A stretch of DNA of 64,000 nucleotides, from assembly GCA_015055745.1 (NCBI GenBank), contig SVHS01000001.1, positions 74,094-138,093 on the forward strand, in the 5' to 3' direction. Positions 19,504-29,228 of this stretch are shown here, piece by piece. The DNA comes from Clostridiales bacterium. GTDB lineage: Bacteria > Bacillota > Clostridia > Christensenellales > UBA1242. Each line of letters opens with the position of its first letter. The first letter of the stretch is position 1. The notes beneath the pieces are model-generated. The model saw nothing but the letters and a program-made list of their open reading frames with translations. It was not told the origin of the DNA and did no database searches. Both the position numbers and the translations under genes were made by a program.

Positions 19504-20070
19504 ATGGCAAAAAAAGTAGGAGCGATAGTTAGCTTATCAATCATCGGTATATTGATCATAGCTACTATTATTATGGCAAATGTAAAGGTAGATTACGGTA
19601 TCAAATGTGGTACACCGGATTCTATCGTAGTAAAATATGGCTCAAAAGCCGAGCGAGTAGTGTCAGATGTGCAGGCAGATAGTATAATTGATATCATTAG
19701 TAATGCTTGCAATGAAAAAAGTCTTACAGCATTATTTAATGGTAATCTTGGCAAGAAAGCTACTGTGGTATTAGATAGCACAAAAGGTAAGACATTGCCT
19801 ACACTTAGTGATGGTTTTTATGTAAGATATCATTATCAAAATACTCAAGATCTAAAGCAAGGCAATAAATTGTACCAAGACAGTGAAGGAAATAGATATA
19901 CTTACGAGGCATTGGTCTATACAATAAAGAATATCGATGGTGAGGCAGAAGTGACTGTATATGTGATTCCTGATTTGGACAATGCAAATACTTATACACA
20001 TTATTACAAATTGGACGCTGATTTGGGTGGTCTATATGACTATCTAGTAGAGCAAGGTTTCAATAAATAG
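19504..20070 (+). CDS. membrane-anchored hypothetical protein
   Basis: 188 aa; N-terminal TM helix; AGGAG RBS; TTGCAA-17-TATTAT promoter upstream. Confidence 0.6.
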   Translation: MAKKVGAIVSLSIIGILIIATIIMANVKVDYGIKCGTPDSIVVKYGSKAERVVSDVQADSIIDIISNACNEKSLTALFNGNLGKKATVVLDSTKGKTLPTLSDGFYVRYHYQNTQDLKQGNKLYQDSEGNRYTYEALVYTIKNIDGEAEVTVYVIPDLDNANTYTHYYKLDADLGGLYDYLVEQGFNK

Positions 20071-20074
20071 TAAA

Positions 20075-20108
20075 GAAAAAATTTGTGGATTATCCACAAA
20101 TTTTTTTA
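20075..20108. terminator. bidirectional intrinsic terminator
   Basis: A6-atttgtgg-attat-ccacaaat-T6 between convergent genes. Confidence 0.8.
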
Positions 20109-20119
20109 TCTAAACATAT

Positions 20120-20347
20120 TTATTTCTTTAAGTTTTTGATATAGTTTACTACATCTTCGATAGTCTTCATTTTGGCTACATCTTCATCAGGAAGTGTTAT
20201 ACCAAATTCATCTTCAAAAGCCATGATAAGCTCTACTACATCTAGACTGTCAGCACCTAAATCTTCTATCAGACGGCTATTAGGTGTAATATCTTCTTTT
20301 TTCTTATTTAGCTTCTCTGCTACCAATGCGATAATTTTCTCTTCCAT
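20120..20347 (-). CDS. acpP: acyl carrier protein
   Basis: 75 aa; phosphopantetheine site LGADSLDVVEL; GGAGG RBS; no fab genes adjacent. Confidence 0.9.
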   Translation of the reverse strand: MEEKIIALVAEKLNKKKEDITPNSRLIEDLGADSLDVVELIMAFEDEFGITLPDEDVAKMKTIEDVVNYIKNLKK

Positions 20348-20529
20348 GTGTTCCTCCTATTATTATTTTATCTTAAATGTATGAAAAAGTAAAGCAAAGT
20401 GACATAGATTGCTTATCAGACACTTTGTTTATTTTTAGTAGTATAAATCGTCAATAATAGTCATACATATGCTTTTTATCCTATATTTTTTGTATCATTT
20501 GTGAGATTGGGTGTGATAGTATTTTTAGT

Positions 20530-21471
20530 ATGAAGATTTTGTATCAAGATTTTATCACAGAAATTAAAAATACAGTACAGACAAAGGCAAAGTATCAGAA
20601 AGTAATGCTTTTGTATGATGAAAATGTGTCAGAATTGCAAACTATGGAGATACGCTCTGCTGTCAAAGAGATATGTATATTCAATCAAATGAAAATCACA
20701 GATTTAGATTATATGGAGATATATAATGGCTACAAGCTCGTCATATATCTATGTAGAGTAGATAGTTTTTTGAGGCTGGATATTCATAGAGAGGATTTTG
20801 ATAATCTATATATCCCACAGGACGAAAATTTATTACCTTATTTTTTGGACGATAAAGAAAATATGAGTGATTATTCTGACTATCTAGTGATATGTGATGC
20901 CAATATAGACATCGCTATGATGAGTAGTGTAAACTTCAATAAATTTTACAATTATTTCAAAGAAATATTATCTTTTCAAAATAGAGATATAGAGTTTTCT
21001 TTTGAAAATGAAGAAATCACTCAGTACAATTCACTAAAACTCATGACAAATCTTCCTTCAAATATGGAATTTATAGATATCAGGATATTAAAGGAGCAGG
21101 ATATAGAGTACAAATATTTACCTATCGTCGACTTGCTACTTATCAATGCTTTTTTATTACTTATAACCTCTATAAAAAATCATGATTTGACATTGGTAGA
21201 TGTATACAAAGGAGCAAAAGACGACGATAATTTATTAGATAGATTGTATTCTATGTGTAATAATGATGCTTTTTATAATATCATCACTTTGAATTATAAT
21301 TGTCTATATCATGCAGTCCAAAAGACCAAACAAAAGATTTTATCTTATATAAATAGTGACGGCATTTCAAATCAACAGATAGAGGAAATTGTCACTAAAG
21401 TGAAAAACTTTACAAAAAATAGCTCAAATTTTATGTGTAGTCTATATCTTCACAATATTTTCTCAGTATAA
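20530..21471 (+). CDS. hypothetical cytoplasmic protein
   Basis: 313-aa ORF with coding-like composition; no motif recognised; no SD. Confidence 0.55.
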   Translation: MKILYQDFITEIKNTVQTKAKYQKVMLLYDENVSELQTMEIRSAVKEICIFNQMKITDLDYMEIYNGYKLVIYLCRVDSFLRLDIHREDFDNLYIPQDENLLPYFLDDKENMSDYSDYLVICDANIDIAMMSSVNFNKFYNYFKEILSFQNRDIEFSFENEEITQYNSLKLMTNLPSNMEFIDIRILKEQDIEYKYLPIVDLLLINAFLLLITSIKNHDLTLVDVYKGAKDDDNLLDRLYSMCNNDAFYNIITLNYNCLYHAVQKTKQKILSYINSDGISNQQIEEIVTKVKNFTKNSSNFMCSLYLHNIFSV

Positions 21472-21519
21472 GGCAAAATATTACGATTAAAAAAGTATTT
21501 TTGGCAATATAATTTATGT

Positions 21520-21939
21520 ATGAAGAAGATGCTTTTGGTAGTGATTATATTTATGATATTGATCAGTGGTGTGAGTGAAAATTCGGACTTTACTCTTCTA
21601 GATTATTTTTCTGGACAATATTCGGCTTATACCTCAGTCGATAGTGGAGAGGAAAGTGTAGACTTAGGCTTTTGTTATATAAACTCTGCACCTGTCAAAG
21701 AAAATGTGGTGGGAGAAAGTATGGTGATAAATAATCTGGAGGTTGGTAGTGCACTCTCTGCATTGAATGCTAGAGTGGTAAAGACAGAATATCTAGACAC
21801 TGGCGCTACAGTGATATATGCATATACCAATCTCATATCTCAAGATGTGAATATAGACAATGAAAAAGTAAATCTCCAGATAGCTCATTATGGTGATTAT
21901 TCCGTCATTGGTTGGCCATTAATTTTAGGAAGTTTTTAA
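21520..21939 (+). CDS. secreted hypothetical protein
   Basis: 139 aa with N-terminal signal peptide MKKMLLVVIIFMILISG; TATAAT lies 6 nt before the ATG, no SD. Confidence 0.55.
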   Translation: MKKMLLVVIIFMILISGVSENSDFTLLDYFSGQYSAYTSVDSGEESVDLGFCYINSAPVKENVVGESMVINNLEVGSALSALNARVVKTEYLDTGATVIYAYTNLISQDVNIDNEKVNLQIAHYGDYSVIGWPLILGSF

Positions 21940-21992
21940 GTTTGTTGTATAAAAAGTAAAAATCGGTCTATCATTCTTCCGTAGGAGGAAAT

Positions 21993-22586
21993 ATGGAAAG
22001 ATCAAACCCTACACAAAAGAAAAAAATTGTTTTAAATTACATTTATGCTACTGTCATTGGATTGCTTATCATTGCTTGTGCTGTAGTGATAGCTGTGGTG
22101 AATGCAAACTCTACTACATCTACACAAGGAGTCGTGACACCTAATGAAAATGTACAAGTATCAGTCACCACTTTCGTAGTGCCTGTAAAAAATGCCACAG
22201 TGGCAAAAGACTACTCAGGTTCAGAGCTCCAATATAATGATACTTTAAAACAATGGGAAATACACAAGGCGATCGACTTTGTAGCCAATGAAGATAAAAA
22301 TGTCTATGCTGCGACTGATGGTACGGTATCTAATGTGTATACCAATTATTTGGAAGGCACAGTGATAGAGATATCTCATGCAGATGGATTGGTGTCTGTA
22401 TACAAGTCATTGAGCGATGCTGTAAATGTATCGGTAGGGGACAAAGTCAGTGCAGGTAGTATCATTGGTCAGGTGAGTGAGTCTATGGCTCAGGAGCTAA
22501 ATACTGGTGCACATCTACACTTTGAGATGACTAAAAATGGTGCAAAAGTAAATCCTAATGATTATATAGATTTAGGCAATAAGTAA
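21993..22586 (+). CDS. membrane-anchored M23 (LytM-type) peptidase
   Basis: 197 aa; TM anchor; HKAIDF (HxxxD) and HLHFEM (HxH) zinc motifs; GGAGG RBS. Confidence 0.8.
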   Translation: MERSNPTQKKKIVLNYIYATVIGLLIIACAVVIAVVNANSTTSTQGVVTPNENVQVSVTTFVVPVKNATVAKDYSGSELQYNDTLKQWEIHKAIDFVANEDKNVYAATDGTVSNVYTNYLEGTVIEISHADGLVSVYKSLSDAVNVSVGDKVSAGSIIGQVSESMAQELNTGAHLHFEMTKNGAKVNPNDYIDLGNK

Positions 22587-22602
22587 ACAATTTAGATGCA
22601 AT

Positions 22603-22632
22603 AAAAAATGGACTGATAAAAGTCCATTTTTT
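22603..22632. terminator. bidirectional intrinsic terminator
   Basis: atggact-gataaa-agtccat stem-loop with A-run and T-run. Confidence 0.8.
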
Positions 22633-22633
22633 A

Positions 22634-23236
22634 TTAGCCTGCAGCCGCTGGAGAATAAGTGTCCAACCAATCAGAAGGAGCTGTAGTCCATACGCTATTT
22701 GCTGCGTTGTTGGCTTTTTGGATAGTCTCGACTACTACTTCAATGCTATATGTTTTGTTAGCATCGGCATTTGTTAGAGTGGTAGGTACAGTGATAGCTG
22801 TAATGAAATCAATACTATTATTAGCAGTCACTGATCCTTCATAGTAGTAATAGTCATCGTCACCTGCTACCCAGCTGTCAGTAGTAGTAGCCTGTACAGC
22901 AGTACTAGCACCATCAGTATTTGTGATAGTTAGTTTTGCTCTCATGAGAGCTTCTGTCATGTCTGCTGGGGCAGTCACACCGATAGTCTGAGAGTATACA
23001 GTGCCAGGTAGTGCATCGCCGCTAAATGTAAGAGATGTAGCGGTAGCTCCACCTTGTGTGATACTAATAGTGACAGGGTCACCCAATGTGATATTACCAG
23101 CTACATTTGTACTAGCGGTAAAGTAAGCCAAGGCTACTCCTATACCAATAGACGCTAGTAGCAAAATAGATAATGTCACGATAGCAATAGTAGATGTCGA
23201 AACTTTCTTTTTTGTTCTTATGTTTGTAGTTGCCAT
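22634..23236 (-). CDS. TasA/CalY-like protein with a SipW-dependent-type signal peptide
   Basis: 200 aa; KKKVSTSTIAIVTLSILLLASIGIGVALAYFTAST matches the SipW-cognate signal class; Ala/Thr-rich beta-rich body. Confidence 0.6.
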   Translation of the reverse strand: MATTNIRTKKKVSTSTIAIVTLSILLLASIGIGVALAYFTASTNVAGNITLGDPVTISITQGGATATSLTFSGDALPGTVYSQTIGVTAPADMTEALMRAKLTITNTDGASTAVQATTTDSWVAGDDDYYYYEGSVTANNSIDFITAITVPTTLTNADANKTYSIEVVVETIQKANNAANSVWTTAPSDWLDTYSPAAAG

Positions 23237-23329
23237 ATTTATCTCCTTTTGACAATAGTATTTTGTGAGGAGATAAATTTTTTATACACGATTTATAATA
23301 AAAAAAGTGAACCTTGTCGGCTCACCTTT

Positions 23330-25183
23330 TTATATATTAGCTTTTGTGGCTTTTATTTTGTCAGTATTTCTTGTCACTTTTGATTCCCAAGTATCTACGA
23401 TACCCTTTTCAAATGATGTGTAATTATTATTAGAAGTATACACTTCATCACTATTTGCAGGATATACTATGTCAAACAACATATCAAAATATGTCTCTCC
23501 TGTCAAAGGGTTTATAACTTTTGTAAATAAATTTACATACTCAGAGCCCTCGATATCTTTTGGCTGGATATAGTAGTTTTTGCTACTATTATAAGGTATA
23601 TCATACGCACTTACATCGTCTATATAAAATAAGAAATGAATGCCGTACTCTGTGATACACATATCGCTCAAGTTGTCTAAGCTGACCTCAGACATAGCAC
23701 CACGCTCTTGTTTCATCAGTTTTTCTGCCTCGGTGTTAAACTCTTCTACCATGGCGCTATTGCCATCAGTACCCACCACATAAGGCATACCACTTACTAA
23801 AGTAGAAGTAGCGTCTCCTGTGTATTTAAACATAAATTGAGTAAATGCAGATAATCTTTCTTTATAATCTGTAAGTTTTGTGATTTGATTATATTCGTTT
23901 ACTATATTAGATAAAGAAATGTCTTCTGCATTTTCTTCTACTAGACCAGTAGTAGCATTTCTTGCTTTGGCAGTAGTCTGATTAATGATGTTTGTAAAGT
24001 CTACATTGTCATTTGTCCTATCTGCCTTGTCGATAGCTTTTAGAGCTGTCTTTTGAGTGTCATTAAAGCTAATCAATGTATGAGTAAAATATCCAAATTG
24101 AGCATCTGTATTAGGGTGATACAATATAGTGTCTCCGTCAGTGCCGAAATCTTTTATGTCTGACTTGTAAGTAGAAGTATCGTTTTTGTATTTGTTGTAG
24201 CTAATAGTAGATAATCTTTGATATTCGTCTAATAAGTCATTGATATTCAAATTGTTTGGATTTTCTAAATATACAGTGCGTACATTTTCGATATATAGGG
24301 ACTGGATTTGACTATCAAATGTCCTCTCAAAGTATCTATTCAATAAATCACTAGTCAGTTTATTGTAAGCTTTGCCTTTGCTATCACGAAGGTAATACTC
24401 ATAATCTATCAAGTCTTGAGCAAACAATGAGATTGCTTTATCATAAAGGATATTTGCTTTTTCTTTTTCATCTGCATTTAACCTTTCTTCAAATCTTGTA
24501 AGATAAGCTTCTTTTAGCTTACTTACTACAGTAGTATCATTAAAGTCTTCCAATAAATTTTTATCGATATAAGGAGTACCGATACTTGGCTCTTCTTCGA
24601 CAATATATTCTATATAATATTCGACGCCAGTATAGGCTGTCTCAGTAGTAGATTTGTGCTCCTTTGTGGCGTCAGTGTAGTAGACTGTACGCTCTTTTAC
24701 TGTAGCTCTGCGTTTATAAACATAGTCTTCATATTTATAAGCTGTTTCATTATCAGTGTTTTCGTCACTATCTTCTACTATCTCGATATCCAATATGTTT
24801 TTAGCAGTTTCGATATAAGTATCCATTTGCTTGTCTAGAGAGTCAAACATCTCACCGATAGCAGTATTTACTTGATATGCACTAGGCTTGTAAGTGTCTC
24901 CCTCTGATAAAGCATATTGATATAGTGATTCACGGTCTATGAGTAGCTCGAGAGTCTCTTTGATAGCTTCATCTTCACTCATGCCTTGCTGTGTCACATA
25001 ATAAGTCTGACCGTAGCTGTTGTATGCGGTCAATACATCAAATCTAGTGATGGCTGTGTCTCCTACGGTCGCCAATATTTCGTTGTAATACTTTTCTTTA
25101 TTTATAGAAAATGTAGCACAACCTGCGAGCCCTGCTGTCACAATCATCAATAAGCAAACTAAAATAGCTGAAAATTTCTTCAC
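23330..25183 (-). CDS. PrsA/SurA-like foldase lipoprotein
   Basis: Start moved to the GTG (MKKFSAILVCLLMIVTAGLAGC lipobox), 6 nt after GGAG; SurA-N-like segment; C-terminal parvulin-like remnant (ITEYGIHFLFYID). Confidence 0.6.
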   Translation of the reverse strand: MKKFSAILVCLLMIVTAGLAGCATFSINKEKYYNEILATVGDTAITRFDVLTAYNSYGQTYYVTQQGMSEDEAIKETLELLIDRESLYQYALSEGDTYKPSAYQVNTAIGEMFDSLDKQMDTYIETAKNILDIEIVEDSDENTDNETAYKYEDYVYKRRATVKERTVYYTDATKEHKSTTETAYTGVEYYIEYIVEEEPSIGTPYIDKNLLEDFNDTTVVSKLKEAYLTRFEERLNADEKEKANILYDKAISLFAQDLIDYEYYLRDSKGKAYNKLTSDLLNRYFERTFDSQIQSLYIENVRTVYLENPNNLNINDLLDEYQRLSTISYNKYKNDTSTYKSDIKDFGTDGDTILYHPNTDAQFGYFTHTLISFNDTQKTALKAIDKADRTNDNVDFTNIINQTTAKARNATTGLVEENAEDISLSNIVNEYNQITKLTDYKERLSAFTQFMFKYTGDATSTLVSGMPYVVGTDGNSAMVEEFNTEAEKLMKQERGAMSEVSLDNLSDMCITEYGIHFLFYIDDVSAYDIPYNSSKNYYIQPKDIEGSEYVNLFTKVINPLTGETYFDMLFDIVYPANSDEVYTSNNNYTSFEKGIVDTWESKVTRNTDKIKATKANI

Positions 25184-25262
25184 GATAAACTCCAATTAGT
25201 ATATATAATATCATTGACTATTATAATAGAAATTATAATAAAAAGCAAGAGATTTGACCCAT

Positions 25263-28200
25263 TTAGACACTTAAAAACTCTATAAAATAATTCATAGCAT
25301 TTTGTACATTGTAAAAATTGGTATCTAGCACTATGGTAGGGACTATACCTTTTTCAAATTTGAAGTGTGATTTGGTGACTTTTGTCATCAATTTTTTGAT
25401 ATCTATATCATCATAAAATACTATAGACATTTTAGCCTTTGTGATAGTGATATGTTTGATATTATGCTTGATGCCGAGCGCTTTTAATAGAGAAATATTG
25501 CATAGCTGGTAGATTTCTTTTGGTAGTTTACCATATTCGTTTAGTAAGGCAGATATGGTAGCGCGAGCTGTTTCTTTGCTATCTATATTTGATATCTTAG
25601 CGATGATTTTTAGCCTTTCGGACTCGTCTGCTACGAAAGTATAAGGTATCTTTGATGAAATAGCGATATCCATCTTGATTTCGCGCTCGATGTTGACTTT
25701 TTCACCCTTTAGCTTACGCAATGTTTCATTTAGTAGCTTTGTATACATATCGTATCCAATTTTTATAATGTGACCATGCTGTATTTTGCCGAGCAATTCT
25801 CCAGCGCCTCTGATTTGCAAGTCTCTCATGGCGATCTTAAATCCACTGCCAAGTTCAGTATTTTCTGCCAAAGCTTGCAATCTGCTCGTAGACTCTTCTG
25901 TGAGGATTTTTTCTTTATTGTAGGTGAAATATGCATAAGCTTGTTCTTTATTTCTACCCACGCGTCCACGTAATTGATATGATTGACTGAGACCTAATCT
26001 ATCGCTGTCGATGACTATGAGAGTATTTGCACTAGGTAAATCTACACCATTTTCGATAAGGGTAGTGGAGACAAAGACATTTGTTTCCTTGTCATATAGT
26101 CGCTTGATAGCGTTTTCTAGGGCTACTTCACTCATTTGTCCATGGGCTATATCAAATACAGCCTTGTCGTTGCCCAATTTTTCTCTTAGTCTATTGCAAA
26201 GGATAGGTAATTGCTCTACATTGTTGTATACTATCAATACTTGACCACCGCGATTGATTTCATCGTTTATAGCGTTGACGACGATGTCTTCGTTGTATCC
26301 CATGACATATGTCTTCACAGGTAATCTATCCACTGGAGGAGTGTTGATGATGCTGATATCTCGGATAGACATCAGTGACATACTGAGTGTCCTAGGGATA
26401 GGAGTAGCTGACAAAGTCAAAACATTTACATTATTTTTTATTTGTTTTATTTGCTCTTTAGCTTTGACACCAAATCTTTGCTCCTCATCGAGTATCAATA
26501 ATCCAAGATCATCAAATACCACATCTTTTGACAATAATCTATGAGTACCACATATAACATTTACTTTACCAGAGCGTAGATCGGCCAGTATCTCTTTTTG
26601 TTCTTTTGTAGAGACGAATCTATTTAGCATTTTTACATTTACGCCAAAATCTTTTGTCCTCTTTTGTGCGGTCATATAGTGCTGTAGGCTAAGGATAGTA
26701 GTGGGGGCTAGGACCGCGACTTGCTTGCCACTTTCCACTGCTTTAAACAATGCACGCATGGCCACCTCAGTCTTGCCAAAACCAACATCTCCACAGATTA
26801 GCCTATCCATCACTTTGCCTGAAGTCATGTCTCGCTTGATATCCGCTATGGCTTGTAGCTGATCGTCAGTCTCGGTGTACTCAAATGCATTTTCAAATTC
26901 TGTATATAGATAATCATCTTCAGGGTAGACATATCCTTTGGCTGCTTTTCTCTTGGCATATAGCTCTAGTAGCTCTTCGCTCATATCCTCTATAGATTTG
27001 ATTGCTTTTTGCTTTAGATTGCTAAATTCTTTTCCGCCGAGCTTGTTTGTAGTCACAGCATTTCCCTCAGCCATATATAGTGATAAGCAGTCTGCGTTTT
27101 CATAAGGGACATACAAGATGTCTCCACCACGATAGCTAAGCTTGAAATATTCTTTGTCTACACCAGATACAGACACAGTGACTAGTCCTTCGCACTTAGC
27201 GATGCCATGAGTGGAGTGTACCACGTATTCACCTGCTTTTGGCAGATATTTTATAGTTTGTTTTTTTTCTTTTTTGACTTCTTTTTTATGAGCGAAATTT
27301 GATGAGCCAATATATATTTTATCCTCGTCCTCAAAGCAAATATTGTAAGGGATATTTAAATCTGTCAAGATTATACCAGTAGAATTTACATTAAGTGAAA
27401 AAGGTATATTAGTTTCGCTAAATATTCTTTTGATAGAGCCTAGTGTCTCTTGGCTAGAAAGGCATAGATAAATTTGTTTATTTTTGTATTTGTTTAGCTC
27501 AATTTGTAGTGATTCTAGATTGTATAAAAATGATGGAAATTTAATGGATTTAAAATCAAAGTTGATAATATTTTTTGTATTAAATTTTATTTGTAAATCT
27601 GTATTTTTTAAATCAAAATTATCAAAAAATATTAAATTTTTAGCAAAATTAATATAAAAATCATTAATTTTTAGTATTTTTTCATTATTTTTATATATTT
27701 TTATTAAATTTTCTTTTTTAAAAGTTTGATTTATTTTATCAGTAAAATATTCGTATGAATTATTGCAGCTAGACTCAAACTGTATAGCGTTGGCTATTAC
27801 TATAGGTAGATCTATATCTTTTAGTGTGTAGATAGAGTCCGTAAAAGGATACAAAAATTCTAAAGGGATATCTTCATCTCTTTCGATTAGATTATAAAGT
27901 TCAAAAAATAGATTGTCGTCTATCTTTAGTTTGTTTAGATTTTTTAAGATATTTTCTTTTGTTTCACTATCAAATAATGTGATTTTATTTGGTACAATAT
28001 CTATCTGATTTAGTTTGGTTAGTTTTTCAAAAGAGATATTGTCATAAGTGTATATTTCTTCGATATTAGAGTCAAAAAAATCTATACGCGTAGGGTAGTC
28101 ATCGATTGGAGTAAATATATCCAATATATCTCCACGCCTAGCGAATTCTCCAGCTTCTATAACACTATCTACTTTTTTATAACCAAGGTACACGAGTTTC

Positions 28201-28604
28201 TTTTCTATTTCTATGATGTTATATTCATTTATTTTGTCTAGAGATATGATATTTTTTTTAAAAGTCTCAATGTTTGGTACAAAAGAAAAAAGAATCCTTG
28301 GAGTAGATATGATGATAGGCGTGGATTTTGCGAGAAGATAACAAGCTTTTATTATATCTTTCAAATTTTCACTACTTTGAAATTTGGATAAAGTGAATGG
28401 CTTGTCAAAATCATCTATAGCGACACAAGTCTTGCCGAGTGCAGTGAGCTGGTCTCTCATCTGATGCACTTGCTCTAGATTTGGACAAATGTATAGTGCT
28501 CTATCTATCTTGCTAAGTATTGCACCTTGCTCACCTATACCAAGGTTATTGCAAAAAATTGTGTTTGTATTTATTTTTGATATTAGATCGTCGTATCTTG
28601 GCAT
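25263..28604 (-). CDS. mfd: transcription-repair coupling factor
   Basis: 1113 aa; CarD-like domain, SF2 helicase motifs GDVGFGKTEVA, DEEQRFG, TATPIPRT, TRG-type QLRGRVGR. Confidence 0.95.
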   Translation of the reverse strand: MPRYDDLISKINTNTIFCNNLGIGEQGAILSKIDRALYICPNLEQVHQMRDQLTALGKTCVAIDDFDKPFTLSKFQSSENLKDIIKACYLLAKSTPIIISTPRILFSFVPNIETFKKNIISLDKINEYNIIEIEKKLVYLGYKKVDSVIEAGEFARRGDILDIFTPIDDYPTRIDFFDSNIEEIYTYDNISFEKLTKLNQIDIVPNKITLFDSETKENILKNLNKLKIDDNLFFELYNLIERDEDIPLEFLYPFTDSIYTLKDIDLPIVIANAIQFESSCNNSYEYFTDKINQTFKKENLIKIYKNNEKILKINDFYINFAKNLIFFDNFDLKNTDLQIKFNTKNIINFDFKSIKFPSFLYNLESLQIELNKYKNKQIYLCLSSQETLGSIKRIFSETNIPFSLNVNSTGIILTDLNIPYNICFEDEDKIYIGSSNFAHKKEVKKEKKQTIKYLPKAGEYVVHSTHGIAKCEGLVTVSVSGVDKEYFKLSYRGGDILYVPYENADCLSLYMAEGNAVTTNKLGGKEFSNLKQKAIKSIEDMSEELLELYAKRKAAKGYVYPEDDYLYTEFENAFEYTETDDQLQAIADIKRDMTSGKVMDRLICGDVGFGKTEVAMRALFKAVESGKQVAVLAPTTILSLQHYMTAQKRTKDFGVNVKMLNRFVSTKEQKEILADLRSGKVNVICGTHRLLSKDVVFDDLGLLILDEEQRFGVKAKEQIKQIKNNVNVLTLSATPIPRTLSMSLMSIRDISIINTPPVDRLPVKTYVMGYNEDIVVNAINDEINRGGQVLIVYNNVEQLPILCNRLREKLGNDKAVFDIAHGQMSEVALENAIKRLYDKETNVFVSTTLIENGVDLPSANTLIVIDSDRLGLSQSYQLRGRVGRNKEQAYAYFTYNKEKILTEESTSRLQALAENTELGSGFKIAMRDLQIRGAGELLGKIQHGHIIKIGYDMYTKLLNETLRKLKGEKVNIEREIKMDIAISSKIPYTFVADESERLKIIAKISNIDSKETARATISALLNEYGKLPKEIYQLCNISLLKALGIKHNIKHITITKAKMSIVFYDDIDIKKLMTKVTKSHFKFEKGIVPTIVLDTNFYNVQNAMNYFIEFLSV

Positions 28605-29113
28605 AAATCACCTGCGATAAATTGCTCTATTAATACACTAGCTTTTTCATAAGCTTCTTGCATAGTGGCTTTACTAGTAGGATCCAAAGTAGACAAGACA
28701 TAATCTCGAAGGGGTATATTTTCATCTCTGCCGATACCTATCCTTAGACGAGGGGTAATACCTACTTTATTTACGATATCTCTAAGTCCATTGTGAGTAC
28801 CAGCGCTACCCTCCATACGATAACGAATCTTGCCTTTAGGTAGGTCGATGTCGTCCAATATAATCATGATGTCACTCAGTGCGATCTTAAAATACTTGCG
28901 CAATTCTTGCACACTGTCTCCGCTAAGATTCATATATGTGTTTGGCTTCGCGATGATATAGCCGTCGCCTTTGCAAATCTCAGCACGACACTTTGTAGTG
29001 GTGAACTTTAGACCATTTTTCTTCACAAAAAAATCCACTGCATTAAATCCAGTGTTGTGATAAGTGTTTGTATATTTACCCTCAGGGTTTCCCAATCCTA
29101 CTATTAACTTCAT
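28583..29113 (-). CDS. pth: peptidyl-tRNA hydrolase
   Basis: 176 aa; LIVGLGNPG-type start, THNGLRD-like motif (GTHNGLRDI); overlaps the mfd start by 22 nt. Confidence 0.95.
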   Translation of the reverse strand: MKLIVGLGNPEGKYTNTYHNTGFNAVDFFVKKNGLKFTTTKCRAEICKGDGYIIAKPNTYMNLSGDSVQELRKYFKIALSDIMIILDDIDLPKGKIRYRMEGSAGTHNGLRDIVNKVGITPRLRIGIGRDENIPLRDYVLSTLDPTSKATMQEAYEKASVLIEQFIAGDLCQDTTI

Positions 29114-29119
29114 GATATA

Positions 29120-29147
29120 ATTATATCATAAATATAAAATATTTCAA
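29120..29147 (-). promoter_or_regulatory. pth-mfd promoter, leaderless geometry
   Basis: Minus strand: TTGAAA, 16-nt spacer, TG-a-TATAAT, then 6 nt (tatatc), then ATG at 29113; no SD. Confidence 0.6.
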
Positions 29148-29228
29148 TATGTTTAGTTTTGTTTTTTCAATTAATTTGCATAGAAATAATAAAAAATCTC
29201 CGTTTTTAGAGATTTTTTTGTATTTTAT

